In this document: positions 36,832 through 46,548 of the stretch, one piece after another
Numbering within the stretch: the first letter of the stretch is position 1
Layout: each line of letters opens with the position of its first letter
IMG/VR virus record: IMGVR_UViG_3300032315_000675
Span: 1-64,000 of that record
DNA from: a virus
Length of the DNA: 64,000 nt
Strand: one strand, 5' to 3'
Notes under the pieces: generated by a model
Databases searched by the model: none
Seen by the model: the letters and a program-made list of their open reading frames with translations, nothing else
Told to the model about the DNA's origin: nothing
Program-made: the position numbers and the translations under genes

Positions 36832-37041
36832 ATGCTTTTTCAAAAAGTCTTTACACTTCGGGTCATTTACAAGAGTGGTTATGCCATTGACTTTGAAGTC
36901 ACTGAATATGAGATCGGTCCGTCTAGCGCCAAGTGGGTTTCTGCCAACGACGAGTTTCGTCCGATCCATCTGAACTACGATGAAGTAGCTTCGGTGTGGA
37001 AAGTCGGTCAACGTCTGCGCCTCAAGTTTTTCAAGAAATAA
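36832..37041 (+). CDS. Early small hypothetical protein
   Basis: ATG after AAGGA, downstream of the promoter cassette. Confidence 0.55.
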   Translation: MLFQKVFTLRVIYKSGYAIDFEVTEYEIGPSSAKWVSANDEFRPIHLNYDEVASVWKVGQRLRLKFFKK

Positions 37042-37052
37042 GGAAATATAAA

Positions 37053-37268
37053 ATGTCAGAAAAGTATGATGAACGTCACGGAGGTCCCTGGGACCGAGGC
37101 TCGGCTGATAGCTACTACGGTCGGGGTAGTAACCCTCATTACTACAAAGGTGGTAGCTATTCCAGCGAAAGGGTTGAGAAGGAGCGGATGACTCCTGAGG
37201 AAATCGAAGCCTATCTTGCAGGATACGCAGGAAACGAAGCCGAAGGTAACTTTAAAAACTGGAATTAA
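37053..37268 (+). CDS. Small phage protein
   Basis: AAGGAA RBS; 'RHGGPWDRGSADSYYGR...PHYY...MT.EEI.AY.AGY'. Confidence 0.7.
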   Translation: MSEKYDERHGGPWDRGSADSYYGRGSNPHYYKGGSYSSERVEKERMTPEEIEAYLAGYAGNEAEGNFKNWN

Positions 37269-37272
37269 AATC

Positions 37273-37321
37273 GTACCCGAAGTCGTTTTTGGTTGACTTC
37301 GGGTACCTTTTTGTCTATATT
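37273..37321 (+). repeat. Stem-loop/early-promoter cassette, copy 2
   Basis: Perfect 12-bp inverted repeat GTACCCGAAGTC/GACTTCGGGTAC overlapping TTGACT-17-TATATT. Confidence 0.88.
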
Positions 37322-37351
37322 AAATCATAAGCTGAGAAATAGGAATATATT

Positions 37352-37759
37352 ATGGCTGAACAAGATCAAACAATCATCCTGACCTGTAAAGGATCGGGCA
37401 CCGAACAGTGGACGGCGGTATGTCCTGACTATCCGAAGGACGTTACCTCGGGGCACACTGCTTCGCAGGCCCTTCAGGCTTACAACATCATGCTCTGGCG
37501 GAAGCACTACGATAAGCGGGCGCGCATGGACAAATGCCGTGGCCTGCTACGTGATGAGGTCCGTCGTGCTGCTGGTATCCCTGAATGGGCTTTGCGTTTC
37601 CCGCGTTGGCTTCTCTGGAATAAGAAGGAACGGGATAGTCAGTACGACCGTATGGCCGAGATTGTGAGGCGTATCAGTGCAGCGCCCAATCTCCAGGATG
37701 CCACTTATGAGGAAGTGACCAAGCTCAGTATTGCCGAGTTCAAGGGTTTGGTTAAGTAA
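37352..37759 (+). CDS. Early hypothetical protein
   Basis: AGGAA RBS after the cassette. Confidence 0.6.
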   Translation: MAEQDQTIILTCKGSGTEQWTAVCPDYPKDVTSGHTASQALQAYNIMLWRKHYDKRARMDKCRGLLRDEVRRAAGIPEWALRFPRWLLWNKKERDSQYDRMAEIVRRISAAPNLQDATYEEVTKLSIAEFKGLVK

Positions 37760-39885
37760 TAATTGATGTCTGGAAATGCTAAAGTTTCAAAATAACTGTT
37801 GCTTTTTCCTGTAAAGCGTATGTAATAGAGTATAAGCTGAGAAACAGAGATTTGATAATGTTTGAAGTAACTACCGAGAAGCTCGGAGAATCACAATGAC
37901 CCCGTTTATGCCGACAGTCACCCTGTCCCCGGATGCCCTTGTGCGTATCGAGGGTGGCGAGGTTATAACATGGGCCGAGTGCGAACGCCGTTTACTTGCC
38001 GCCCGCACCCCTGACAAAGCCGGCAAAAGACGCCTAAAACTATACCCCTCTGATCCAAAAGGACCGCCCATGTTAAGAAAGCAAATGACCGCCCATGCAC
38101 CAGAGGGTGAGCCGCTGTTTGTTAGCGTGACTTGCGGAGGCGAACTCTGCTGGTGCGGAAAGCCTGCGGTCCGAAAGGTTGGGGAGGAGTTTGCGTATGA
38201 CGAGCCGAACCCTGAACGACACAACCTCACTCGGTATATCTGCGCCTATCACTTCGCTGAACTCATGGGGCCTGCAGGTGCGCGATCTGTCGGCATTGCC
38301 CCTGCCCCAGAGGGGGAGGCGTGGCGGACTGTTCCGGTAGAGCCGACCGAAGCGATGTTGGACGCGATGTTCACCGCGTATGTCGGCAGCGAAGGCAGTT
38401 ACCGAGCCGCCTACTGTGCAATGCTCGCAGCATCCCCTGTCGTTCCGGTAGAGGTGAGCAGGGAGATTGATTTCCCCACAGTTGACGAGCCGATGGCAGA
38501 CGGCTTTTTGTATCGAACCACAGTTACCGGCGAGCGCCACATCGTTCATGCCGATACTGGGTTTGTCCTAGTCAAGTTACCCTACGACTATCGTTTTACC
38601 GACAACGCGACGCAGCGTAGTAACGCCGACGCCATCCTCGCAGCCCTTCGCCCTACCGATACAGGGAGGGAAGGGTGATGGTTCGGCAGAGTTTTCGTTG
38701 TGATTTGTTCGGACACAAAATGCCGGAACAAGGGTGGTGGGGAGACGGGCTTTATGGCCGGGTCGTTCCCGGCGGCACTGACGGTATCGGTCGATCACAT
38801 TTTGACGTTGTTCTCACCTGCCCGCGATGCGGCGCAGATTGGACCACCGCCCGCTTCCACGGTCATCAAGTAGAAAAATACATGGAGCGTCCCCAATGAC
38901 CACCCCTGACATAGCCGATCTGTTGCACGAGCCTTACCCGCACCCCGCAGTGCCGGTTTACGATCGGACCCGCGATGAGTTTGCAATGACTGCACTGACG
39001 GGGCTTCTATCGGGTCGCGCGTTCTGGTACACCGACGCCTCTAACTATGCAAAAGCTGCCTACATCATTGCCGACGCCATGCTAGCAGAGAGAAACATCA
39101 TGACCCCCGACGAACTCCCCGCTGACGCAAAGCCCGAGCCGCCCTTAAAGGAGAAGACTAATGAATGAGATCGATGCAATCCGTCACGTCCGTAAACAGT
39201 CAGAGACTCAGTTTGAGCCCGTCATGCGTAATCTTATTACAGCTATCGGGCAAGCGGAGCGCTTAGGTACGCTAACGCAAGAGCAATTCGATCAACTACA
39301 TCAGGCAGCTGATCGACTCCTTACTGCTGCACAGACATCAAAATTGCTAAAATAAAGGTTGCTTTATTCTTATAAAGTGTATACATTAAATTATAAGCTG
39401 AGACACAGAGAGATACACATGAAATTGTTTCTGGTAAAATTCACTGTTTCGTCGTCAACGTATATGAATGACGATGAACGCGACGATGAATACACCCGTA
39501 TGGTGGAAGCGGTTGACGAAGACCATGTCGAACGTATTATCAAAAATCAACCAGAGTTTAAAACCGATGAGTATTCGGTTTATCGTCGGGTCTATTTTAA
39601 TGAAATTACTACGGTCTTGAGGGATTCGTCAAATTCATCCCCCGACGAACTCCCCGCTGATATGGAGGCGGTTGTCGCGCGGCTTGAGGTGTCGGCAATC
39701 GACCCTGTTCCGTGGTCGGACCTCCGCGCCCTCCTGAAAGCATACCAAGAGCAGCGCCGGGCTTTGGTGGCCTGTCGGGGTGCCGCCGCGCCGCTGCTGG
39801 AGCAATCCGAAGACCGTGTCTGGCGTCGCGCCAAGATGATCGTGGACACGGTTGACACCGCCCTCAACCAGAAAGGTGATGAACG

Positions 39886-40389
39886 ATGAGCGAGAAACTG
39901 TTACCTTGTCCGTTCTGTGGGGGCGAAAGTAACCTTTGGCACAACCCGCCGCACAGTTTTGGCGTGGTCTGCGATGCTTGCGGCTGCGAAATTACTGGGC
40001 CGGACAACACTCGCGCGGGAGCCATCGCAGCATGGAACCGCCGCACCCCTGCACCAGAGGGGGAGGCTTCGCTTTGGGGCTGCGCTGACGGGAACGGAAT
40101 AGACCCACGGTTGGTCTTCCGTGACAGGCCCACTGCCGAACAGGTCGCCGCTGATATGAATATGGTGGTCCAGCCCCTCTACGCATCCCCTGTCGTTCCG
40201 GTAGGGGTGAGCGAAAGAATGGATGAAGTCAAAAGCTGGGTGGAAGACGCGGAGTGCAGCCGAGGTTGCTCGTCTTGGCGTCCTGACGTTCACGGGCGAT
40301 CACGTTGTGACTGTGGGCGAGGGGATGCGCTTGAAGCCACCGACGCCATCCTCGCAGCCCTTCGCCCTACCGATACAGGGAGGGAGTGA
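39886..40389 (+). CDS. Lar (restriction-alleviation)-like Zn-finger domain fused to further modules
   Basis: 'LLPCPFCGG...VCDACG...AIAAWNRR'. Confidence 0.7.
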   Translation: MSEKLLPCPFCGGESNLWHNPPHSFGVVCDACGCEITGPDNTRAGAIAAWNRRTPAPEGEASLWGCADGNGIDPRLVFRDRPTAEQVAADMNMVVQPLYASPVVPVGVSERMDEVKSWVEDAECSRGCSSWRPDVHGRSRCDCGRGDALEATDAILAALRPTDTGRE

Positions 40390-40928
40390 TGGGACGCAAA
40401 CTCTACCCGTCAAACCCAAAAGCACCGCCGCCTAAACAGGAACCCCCAATGACCACCACTGACATAGCCGGTCTGTGCGAAGGGTTTGACGAACTTCTGA
40501 TTTCCCTTCGCAGTGAGACCGATAGCCATCCTCGTGGGGGTCGGAGGCTTGTAAATCCCGATGGCCCCGAAGCAGCCGACACCCTTGAACTCCTAGTCGC
40601 TGAGGTGGAGCGGATGCGGGAGGCTTTGGAGTTCTACGCTGACGAAGATAACTGGTTCGGAGTTTACATGACTGGTTGCGGACCAATGGCTGATGATTGG
40701 TCCATCGACGGTCACCCCTACTGGCCAGATGGAAAGCCCGGAAAAACCGCCCGAGCCGCCCTTAAAGGAGAAGACCAGTGAGCCTAAGACTTTCACGTAA
40801 GACACAATTTGTCGAAGGTGGCCTTCTTGATCTTTTATCTTATTTGGATTCTATATCCGGATGGGTAAACTATTGTGAAATTACATTTCTTGAAAGAGGT
40901 TACGTTGTCCGCACAGGAGAATAATAAT

Positions 40929-41240
40929 ATGGAAGAACTTAAAAATTGGAAACCAATCTCAGACGCACCTAAAGACGGCGCGGCGATCTATACTCACGAT
41001 GGAGCGAATCCTGTTATTGCCGCTTGGTGTTCTTGGCCCAACCACAGTTTCGAAGAGGAAGGTCCGTGGTGGAACCGAAGAAAGGTCAAAGTAGAAAAGC
41101 CCAACACAGAGGGCTGGTATGCCGTATATTGTGTCCGTGGTAAATGGACCGCTTCTCACCAGATTTTCCCATCACTTTGGAGGCCCTTGCCAAAGATGCC
41201 TTGGGAATGCATCCCTACCGATACAGGGGTGGAAGGGTGA
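40929..41240 (+). CDS. DUF551-like protein
   Basis: 'WKPISDAPKDG...WRPLP'; AGGAG RBS. Confidence 0.6.
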   Translation: MEELKNWKPISDAPKDGAAIYTHDGANPVIAAWCSWPNHSFEEEGPWWNRRKVKVEKPNTEGWYAVYCVRGKWTASHQIFPSLWRPLPKMPWECIPTDTGVEG

Positions 41241-41584
41241 TGGGCTTCGTAATCGGCATAGTGATCGTTTCGGGTCTCGTCATCGCCATAGGCTTCGCTC
41301 CTGCGAAGAAAGACTATCGCACCCTGACATGTGACTTCGACTAGAAAGGTGATGAACGATGACCGATACAGTAGAAGAATTATTCCGAATGCAAGTTGCA
41401 CATGGGCTGGAGAAGTCCACGTTGCTAAAAGACTCCGGAGGTTGGCCGGACTACCAAGAAATTTCTGATTACATTGATCGAATGGACAAAACAGAGTTTC
41501 TTTTGTATCTATCGATAGCGATTGAAGATCGACTTAGAAATCTGGAATGACATGTCATCTTGCACATACTAGTAATTAAAAATC

Positions 41585-41634
41585 GTATCCGAGGTCATTT
41601 TTTGTTTGACTTCGGGTACCCGTTTTGCTACATT
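41585..41634 (+). repeat. Stem-loop/early-promoter cassette, copy 3
   Basis: GTATCCGAGGTC/GACTTCGGGTAC overlapping TTGACT-17-TACATT. Confidence 0.85.
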
Positions 41635-41667
41635 GAATCATAGACAGCAGCAAACGGAGATATCACG

Positions 41668-41919
41668 ATGAATACTATGTTCTTCAAAGTCCGCGCAAAA
41701 CCCACCGACGCGCAAGTGATCCAGCTTAGTGCTGACTTTTACGAAAACTTTACCAACAAAAACGCGATGTACTTCACCGAGATTGCGATTAACGCAGACA
41801 CTACGCTTGCTACCGTGCAAAACAAAGCAGAAGTGATTGCGAACTGGCAACGCGCCCGTGCCGTAGTCGCTTACCAAAGTAAAGTAGTGAAACTGCTCAC
41901 CCAATCGCAACGCAAATAA
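41668..41919 (+). CDS. Early small hypothetical protein
   Basis: GGAG RBS after the cassette. Confidence 0.6.
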   Translation: MNTMFFKVRAKPTDAQVIQLSADFYENFTNKNAMYFTEIAINADTTLATVQNKAEVIANWQRARAVVAYQSKVVKLLTQSQRK

Positions 41920-41973
41920 AAGATCATTTACCCGATCTTTTCGGTTGACATTGGTTACCCTCTTTGCTACATT
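41918..41973 (+). repeat. Variant stem-loop/early-promoter cassette
   Basis: AAAAGATC/GATCTTTT hairpin, TTGACA-17-TACATT, same GAATCATAGACAG leader as copy 3. Confidence 0.75.
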
Positions 41974-42010
41974 GAATCATAGACAGACACAAACAAACGG
42001 AGATACGAAC

Positions 42011-42286
42011 ATGATCTACACTCTCAAGATTTATCGTTATGATCGTCGCTGCAAGAGCGGTGAACGCTTCGTCAAGACCTACGAGTATGATCGCCCGGAC
42101 GATGCTTCGATGGATCGTGAAGTCAACGCTCTCCGTGGCTGCGGCTACTTTGACGACATGTTCCGCATCGAATATGCTCCCAAGTTCATCACTGTCAAGA
42201 ACCTGATGAGCGGCAAGGATGTGCAGGTTGCTGCTGATACTCCCTACTACCTTCGTCCCGACTCTGAATCCTACTGGTGCAACTAA
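42011..42286 (+). CDS. Early small hypothetical protein
   Basis: GGAG RBS; 'VKNLMSGK.V....DTP....P.SE.YW'. Confidence 0.65.
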   Translation: MIYTLKIYRYDRRCKSGERFVKTYEYDRPDDASMDREVNALRGCGYFDDMFRIEYAPKFITVKNLMSGKDVQVAADTPYYLRPDSESYWCN

Positions 42287-42287
42287 G

Positions 42288-42479
42288 ATGACTATGACGA
42301 CCGAAATGACCAACCCCGAACTTCTCAACTATTTGATTGAGTCCGCAACTGTTCCCGCAGAAGCAAAGACTGCATATTCTGCTGGTTACTTTGAGGGAAC
42401 TCTGCTGACCCTGATGGAACGTTTTCCTGAGGTTCGTGCAGAGATTGAAGACCGCGTAAACTATCGTAGGAGCAACTAA
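42288..42479 (+). CDS. Small hypothetical protein
   Basis: 'AYSAGYFEG'; coupled ORF. Confidence 0.5.
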   Translation: MTMTTEMTNPELLNYLIESATVPAEAKTAYSAGYFEGTLLTLMERFPEVRAEIEDRVNYRRSN

Positions 42480-42710
42480 GATGGTGACCGACAATGATCA
42501 CGCCCTGCGCATCGTCCAGAAGATGGCGAAAGAACGCAACAAGACCATCGGGGATGTTCTTGCTGAATTTATCAAGTGGGAAAAGAATAATGAGTGCCAG
42601 CATTTTTGGCCCGATGAAAACACGGCATGTCTCATGCTGATTAAGCGACGAGCGAGTCAGTAATGCTGCAATATATCCCTTCAAAAGTCAACATCTACAA
42701 GGAAAATAAA

Positions 42711-42926
42711 ATGGAAACTGTCGTTAAGGTTGTCGGTATCGCTGTTGTCGGTATCGCTGTTATCGTTGTCCTCGGGCTTATTCTTAGCCTGCCGGTCATG
42801 TGGCTTTGGAATGCCTGTCTCGTTGCCGCTATTCCTGGAATCAAGGAAATCGGGTGGCTCCAGGCTTGGGGTATCTTGATTCTGTGTGGATTGCTCTTTA
42901 AGAATACGTCTTCGTCTTCTAACTAA
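42711..42926 (+). CDS. Small membrane protein
   Basis: 'MWLWN...I.WLQAWG..IL..LLF'; AAGGAA RBS. Confidence 0.65.
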   Translation: METVVKVVGIAVVGIAVIVVLGLILSLPVMWLWNACLVAAIPGIKEIGWLQAWGILILCGLLFKNTSSSSN

Positions 42927-43012
42927 GAAAACTTAGAGTTTGGTATAAATATAGGCATACCAGATAATAACTAAAATCTAAAAATCAAAATTAATATTAC
43001 AGGAGAATAAAA

Positions 43013-43234
43013 ATGCTAAAAACTATTACTGCACTAATGATCGGAGCTAGCCTAGTTGCTGGTCAAGCCATTGCTCAAAACAGCGCACTGACACCTCGGG
43101 TCGGTGATCGGGTCGGTTCTCAGGCCGACATGTCTAGCGAGATTGCCGGCATGCCGCTGTCAGTGCTACTGATTGGTTCTATCGTAGCTGTTGTCGCTTA
43201 CAAAGCACTAGACGACAAACCTGCAAGTAACTAA
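43013..43234 (+). CDS. Small secreted/membrane protein
   Basis: Signal peptide plus C-terminal TM; TATAAATA and AGGAG upstream. Confidence 0.6.
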   Translation: MLKTITALMIGASLVAGQAIAQNSALTPRVGDRVGSQADMSSEIAGMPLSVLLIGSIVAVVAYKALDDKPASN

Positions 43235-43543
43235 ACAAAATAACACTTGACAACTGCTTAGGTTGGGCGTATAGTTGATATATATTTCGACTATGGGGTC
43301 AGTCATGGACTGCAAGTGCGGTGCTAGAATAAGATGAATGCAGCTAAAGAAAACACATTTAGGGCATTGCGTGATGAGGAGTTGCTTGTGACCAGTTTTT
43401 GGTGTAGGTTTGGTTGGCACACTTGGACCAAATATCGTGAACCCGAACTTGTTCGTGAGGGCATCCATAAGCTGACCATTCAAGAACGCAGATGCGGGTC
43501 TTGTAACATCGCCAATCGTAAAGTCTTGAATAAGGATTAAGCA

Positions 43544-43909
43544 GTGTCAATGCACCTAGCACCTGTGTTCGTTAGCACGATCAATCAGGGTAAGATCAAA
43601 AAGAAACTCACTGCACCCCAGCAACGAGCATTAGCTGAACACGAGGCCTGGCTACGCAAGCGCGGGCTTCATAGCGATCAACTTAACGCAAGGAAACCTA
43701 AAAAGCGGGTCGCAGAAGAAAGCACCTTCACCTACGAGTCTCGCTGCACCGTTCCTACCTCAAACACGGTGGGCAATGGGTTCAAGAAAGAAGAAAATAC
43801 CTATACAGGCACCTTGATTAAAGGAGTGGCTACGATGCATAAGAGCAATGCCGTTCCTGTCATTGACAAAAAACAAATGGAAGAAATCTCCCGGATGCGT
43901 CGGGGCTGA
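43544..43909 (+). CDS. Hypothetical phage protein
   Basis: 'YTGTLIKGVATMHKSNAVPV...EEISRMRR'. Confidence 0.65.
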   Translation: MSMHLAPVFVSTINQGKIKKKLTAPQQRALAEHEAWLRKRGLHSDQLNARKPKKRVAEESTFTYESRCTVPTSNTVGNGFKKEENTYTGTLIKGVATMHKSNAVPVIDKKQMEEISRMRRG

Positions 43910-43940
43910 TCTACTACGAGATTCGCAAGAAGGAAGAATA

Positions 43941-44780
43941 ATGAAAATTGCATTAGCTAGTGATTTACATCTAGAGTTTCAGACTATCACGCTCCCCAAC
44001 ACTGAGGGGGCGAAGGTCCTTATTCTGTCCGGCGATATCTGCGTAGCACATTCATTGCATGATCATCCCATTGACAAGCCTGTGCCTAAAGACGCAATGA
44101 AGCCTGGACGTAATCAAAGTGCTGCATATAAGTACCGTGAGTTCTTCCAACATGTCAGTGCAGAGTATGACCACGTAGTTTACATTGCAGGCAACCACGA
44201 GTTCTATCATGGTCGCTTCCCTGATGCCTATGACTGGCTGCGGGAAGAAATGAAGAATTATACTAACATTCACTTCCTTGATAAAGAGCATGTTGAGATT
44301 GATGGTGTGACCTTCGTAGGCGGCACCCTCTGGACGGATATGAACAAGAATGATCCTACTACTATGCAAGTCATTGAGGGTATGATAAATGACTTTCGAA
44401 TCATTCGTAACAGTCAGCGCAACTATTCTAGATTTACTCCTCTGGATTCCGTAGTCCATCATAAGGAGACGGTAGAGTACATCAAGAATGTAGTTGACAG
44501 TGACCCTGCGAAGAAGTACGTTGTAGTTGGACACCATGCTCCTACGTCCTTGAGTATCCACGAAAAGTACAAGAAAGATGTATGGATGAACGGCGGCTAC
44601 TATAGTGACCTGTCTGAGTTCATACTAGATCGCCCTCAGATCGCCCTCTGGACACATGGACACATGCACGATCCTCATGACTACATGATGGGAGAGACAC
44701 GCATTGTGTGCAATCCTAGGGGCTATAAGGGGCACGATCCTCACGCTGACCACTTTCAATTAAAGTTTTTGGAGATTTGA
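43941..44780 (+). CDS. Calcineurin-like metallophosphoesterase
   Basis: SDLH, GD, GNHE, GHH, HGHMH and NPRGY motifs intact. Confidence 0.92.
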   Translation: MKIALASDLHLEFQTITLPNTEGAKVLILSGDICVAHSLHDHPIDKPVPKDAMKPGRNQSAAYKYREFFQHVSAEYDHVVYIAGNHEFYHGRFPDAYDWLREEMKNYTNIHFLDKEHVEIDGVTFVGGTLWTDMNKNDPTTMQVIEGMINDFRIIRNSQRNYSRFTPLDSVVHHKETVEYIKNVVDSDPAKKYVVVGHHAPTSLSIHEKYKKDVWMNGGYYSDLSEFILDRPQIALWTHGHMHDPHDYMMGETRIVCNPRGYKGHDPHADHFQLKFLEI

Positions 44781-44998
44781 GTATGACTGGTATTATTTGG
44801 GAATCGAAGTTGGATGAAGTGTTCGATTGTAAGGTCGAACGTATTGACGAGAGCCGCGGTAAGCTGACTGTCGTTGATCAATTTGATCGTATCCTTCTTG
44901 ACACGGAAGTTGGACTGTCATATGGTGCAATGTTTGGACCTGACGTAGCAGACGTTGCCCTTTGGGAAGACATGGTCATTAAGGTTATTGACGGATAA
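44777..44998 (+). CDS. Hypothetical protein
   Basis: Coupled ORF; 'LSYGAMFGPDVADV..W'. Confidence 0.55.
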   Translation: MSMTGIIWESKLDEVFDCKVERIDESRGKLTVVDQFDRILLDTEVGLSYGAMFGPDVADVALWEDMVIKVIDG

Positions 44999-45070
44999 TT
45001 ACCCGTTTCACTTGTGTTAATCATCAAATGGTTGTATTATGATAACACGCTGTAATTATACAAAAGGTTC

Positions 45071-45100
45071 GAGGGGTCCTTTCAAAACCCCTCATTTTTT
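45071..45100 (+). terminator. Intrinsic terminator-like hairpin
   Basis: GAGGGGT...ACCCCTC followed by ATTTTTT. Confidence 0.6.
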
Positions 45101-45117
45101 GGTATGAAGGTATCACA

Positions 45118-45651
45118 ATGAGGGTAAAACTCGGACGCTATCTTAAGTCAAAAGAACGGAAGATAGATATTCAAATTGACAAGTTTGATACGTGGTCGTT
45201 TGACCACACCTTGTCTTTGATCATCTTGCCAGCCCTCATTCAACTAAGACAGACTAAGACCGGAACGCCTGGAAATTTTGTGAATGATAGCGCAGAAGAT
45301 TATCATGATCAAGCTACATTTGACTTCATGAAAGAAGACAAGGATGAAGTTTTCCAAAAAGGATGCGATGAATGGGACAACACGCTTGATAAGATGATTT
45401 GGTCTTTTCAGCAGATTGCGTTGGTTGACTATGACAGCAAGTATCATCATGGTGAGATGAATATCAGTTGGGAGAAGTCAGACAAGCAGTGGCCAAATCC
45501 TATAACAGGAAAGATGGAGGGCACGTATGAGATGGTCGACAACAATCCCGGTGAACACTGGTATGATTCTGTCGGACATCGTCTGCATGAGGAGCGCATC
45601 CAAGAAGGTTTAGAACTGTTTGGTAAGCATTTTCGCTCACTCTGGGATTAG
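45118..45651 (+). CDS. Hypothetical phage protein
   Basis: 'DTWSFDHTL..II.P.L', 'W...LDKMIWSF', 'GLELFGKHF..LWD'. Confidence 0.7.
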   Translation: MRVKLGRYLKSKERKIDIQIDKFDTWSFDHTLSLIILPALIQLRQTKTGTPGNFVNDSAEDYHDQATFDFMKEDKDEVFQKGCDEWDNTLDKMIWSFQQIALVDYDSKYHHGEMNISWEKSDKQWPNPITGKMEGTYEMVDNNPGEHWYDSVGHRLHEERIQEGLELFGKHFRSLWD

Positions 45652-45690
45652 GTTATCTTTAATCCTATAAGTCGTAATGAAAGATTTAAA

Positions 45691-46119
45691 ATGAAACCTA
45701 AATACATATCCCTTTATATGGACATCGCTGAAAGAATAAGCCAGATGTCACACGCCAAAAGACTTCAAGTAGGTAGCGTGATTGTAAAGAACGATACTAT
45801 TCTCTCATATGGTTGGAATGGTATGCCTGCAGGATGGCCGAATACTTGTGAGGTTATACAAGAAGACGGTTCACTAAAAACTAAGCCCGAAGTTCTCCAT
45901 TCTGAAATGAATGCCCTGATGAAGGTAGCGCAGTCTACTGAATCTTCGTCAGGAGCAACATTGTTTTGCACCCATGCCCCGTGCATCGATTGTGCAAAAG
46001 CCATCTTCCAAGCCGGTATCTCTGATCTGTACTACCGAGAAGAATACCGCTCAACGGCGGGAACACAGTTTTTGAAGATATCGGGAGTAAATGTCCATAG
46101 ATATTCCGACCGCACATAA
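45691..46119 (+). CDS. dCMP deaminase
   Basis: 'GWNG', 'HSEMNA', 'PCIDCAK'. Confidence 0.92.
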   Translation: MKPKYISLYMDIAERISQMSHAKRLQVGSVIVKNDTILSYGWNGMPAGWPNTCEVIQEDGSLKTKPEVLHSEMNALMKVAQSTESSSGATLFCTHAPCIDCAKAIFQAGISDLYYREEYRSTAGTQFLKISGVNVHRYSDRT

Positions 46120-46278
46120 AATTGAAGTAAAATTTCCGTTTGGCGAACTCGATTCTATGATCGAGTGGTGCGGCAAGAACTGCCAAGCTGAGTGGAAGTT
46201 TGATGATAGTGACAATGGCTACACATTTTATTTTGAGTCTGAGAAAGACTATGTTGCATTTATGATTTGGAAAACGTA

Positions 46279-46548
46279 ATGAAGTACTACGTGTTTAAGA
46301 GGGAATCCAATAAGTTTGATGACATTCTCAACGATGTAGCATTAAAGCCGGTTGCCAGGCACAAGATTAGATTCAAGAACCATTTGATACTCGGATTTGC
46401 AGACGATGATGAAAAGATCATGTCATTCATGACTATCAAGTACGGTGATGACATGATCTCTTTGAGCGACATTGCGCCTGATAGAACTCCTATCATGGGC
46501 AAAGATTATACACCTATTCGTAGAGACAAAAAGGTTGTTAGCCCTTAA
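46279..46548 (+). CDS. Hypothetical protein
   Basis: Coupled ORF following small ORF 46091-46279. Confidence 0.5.
   Translation: MKYYVFKRESNKFDDILNDVALKPVARHKIRFKNHLILGFADDDEKIMSFMTIKYGDDMISLSDIAPDRTPIMGKDYTPIRRDKKVVSP

Larger units (their letters stand above)
37896..41362 (+). other. GC-richer mosaic island of overlap-coupled small genes with recurring junction repeats
   Basis: At least seven 20-46-nt direct-repeat families; ORFs at 37896-38678, 38675-38899, 38896-39168, 39161-39355, 39419-39889, 39886-40389, 40386-40781, 40929-41240. Confidence 0.75.

Noticed and set aside
24032-41634. Palindromic repeats as CRISPR repeats or integron attC sites
   Set aside because: Dispersed over kilobases, coincide with -35/-10 boxes, lack attC core sites, and no integrase is seen
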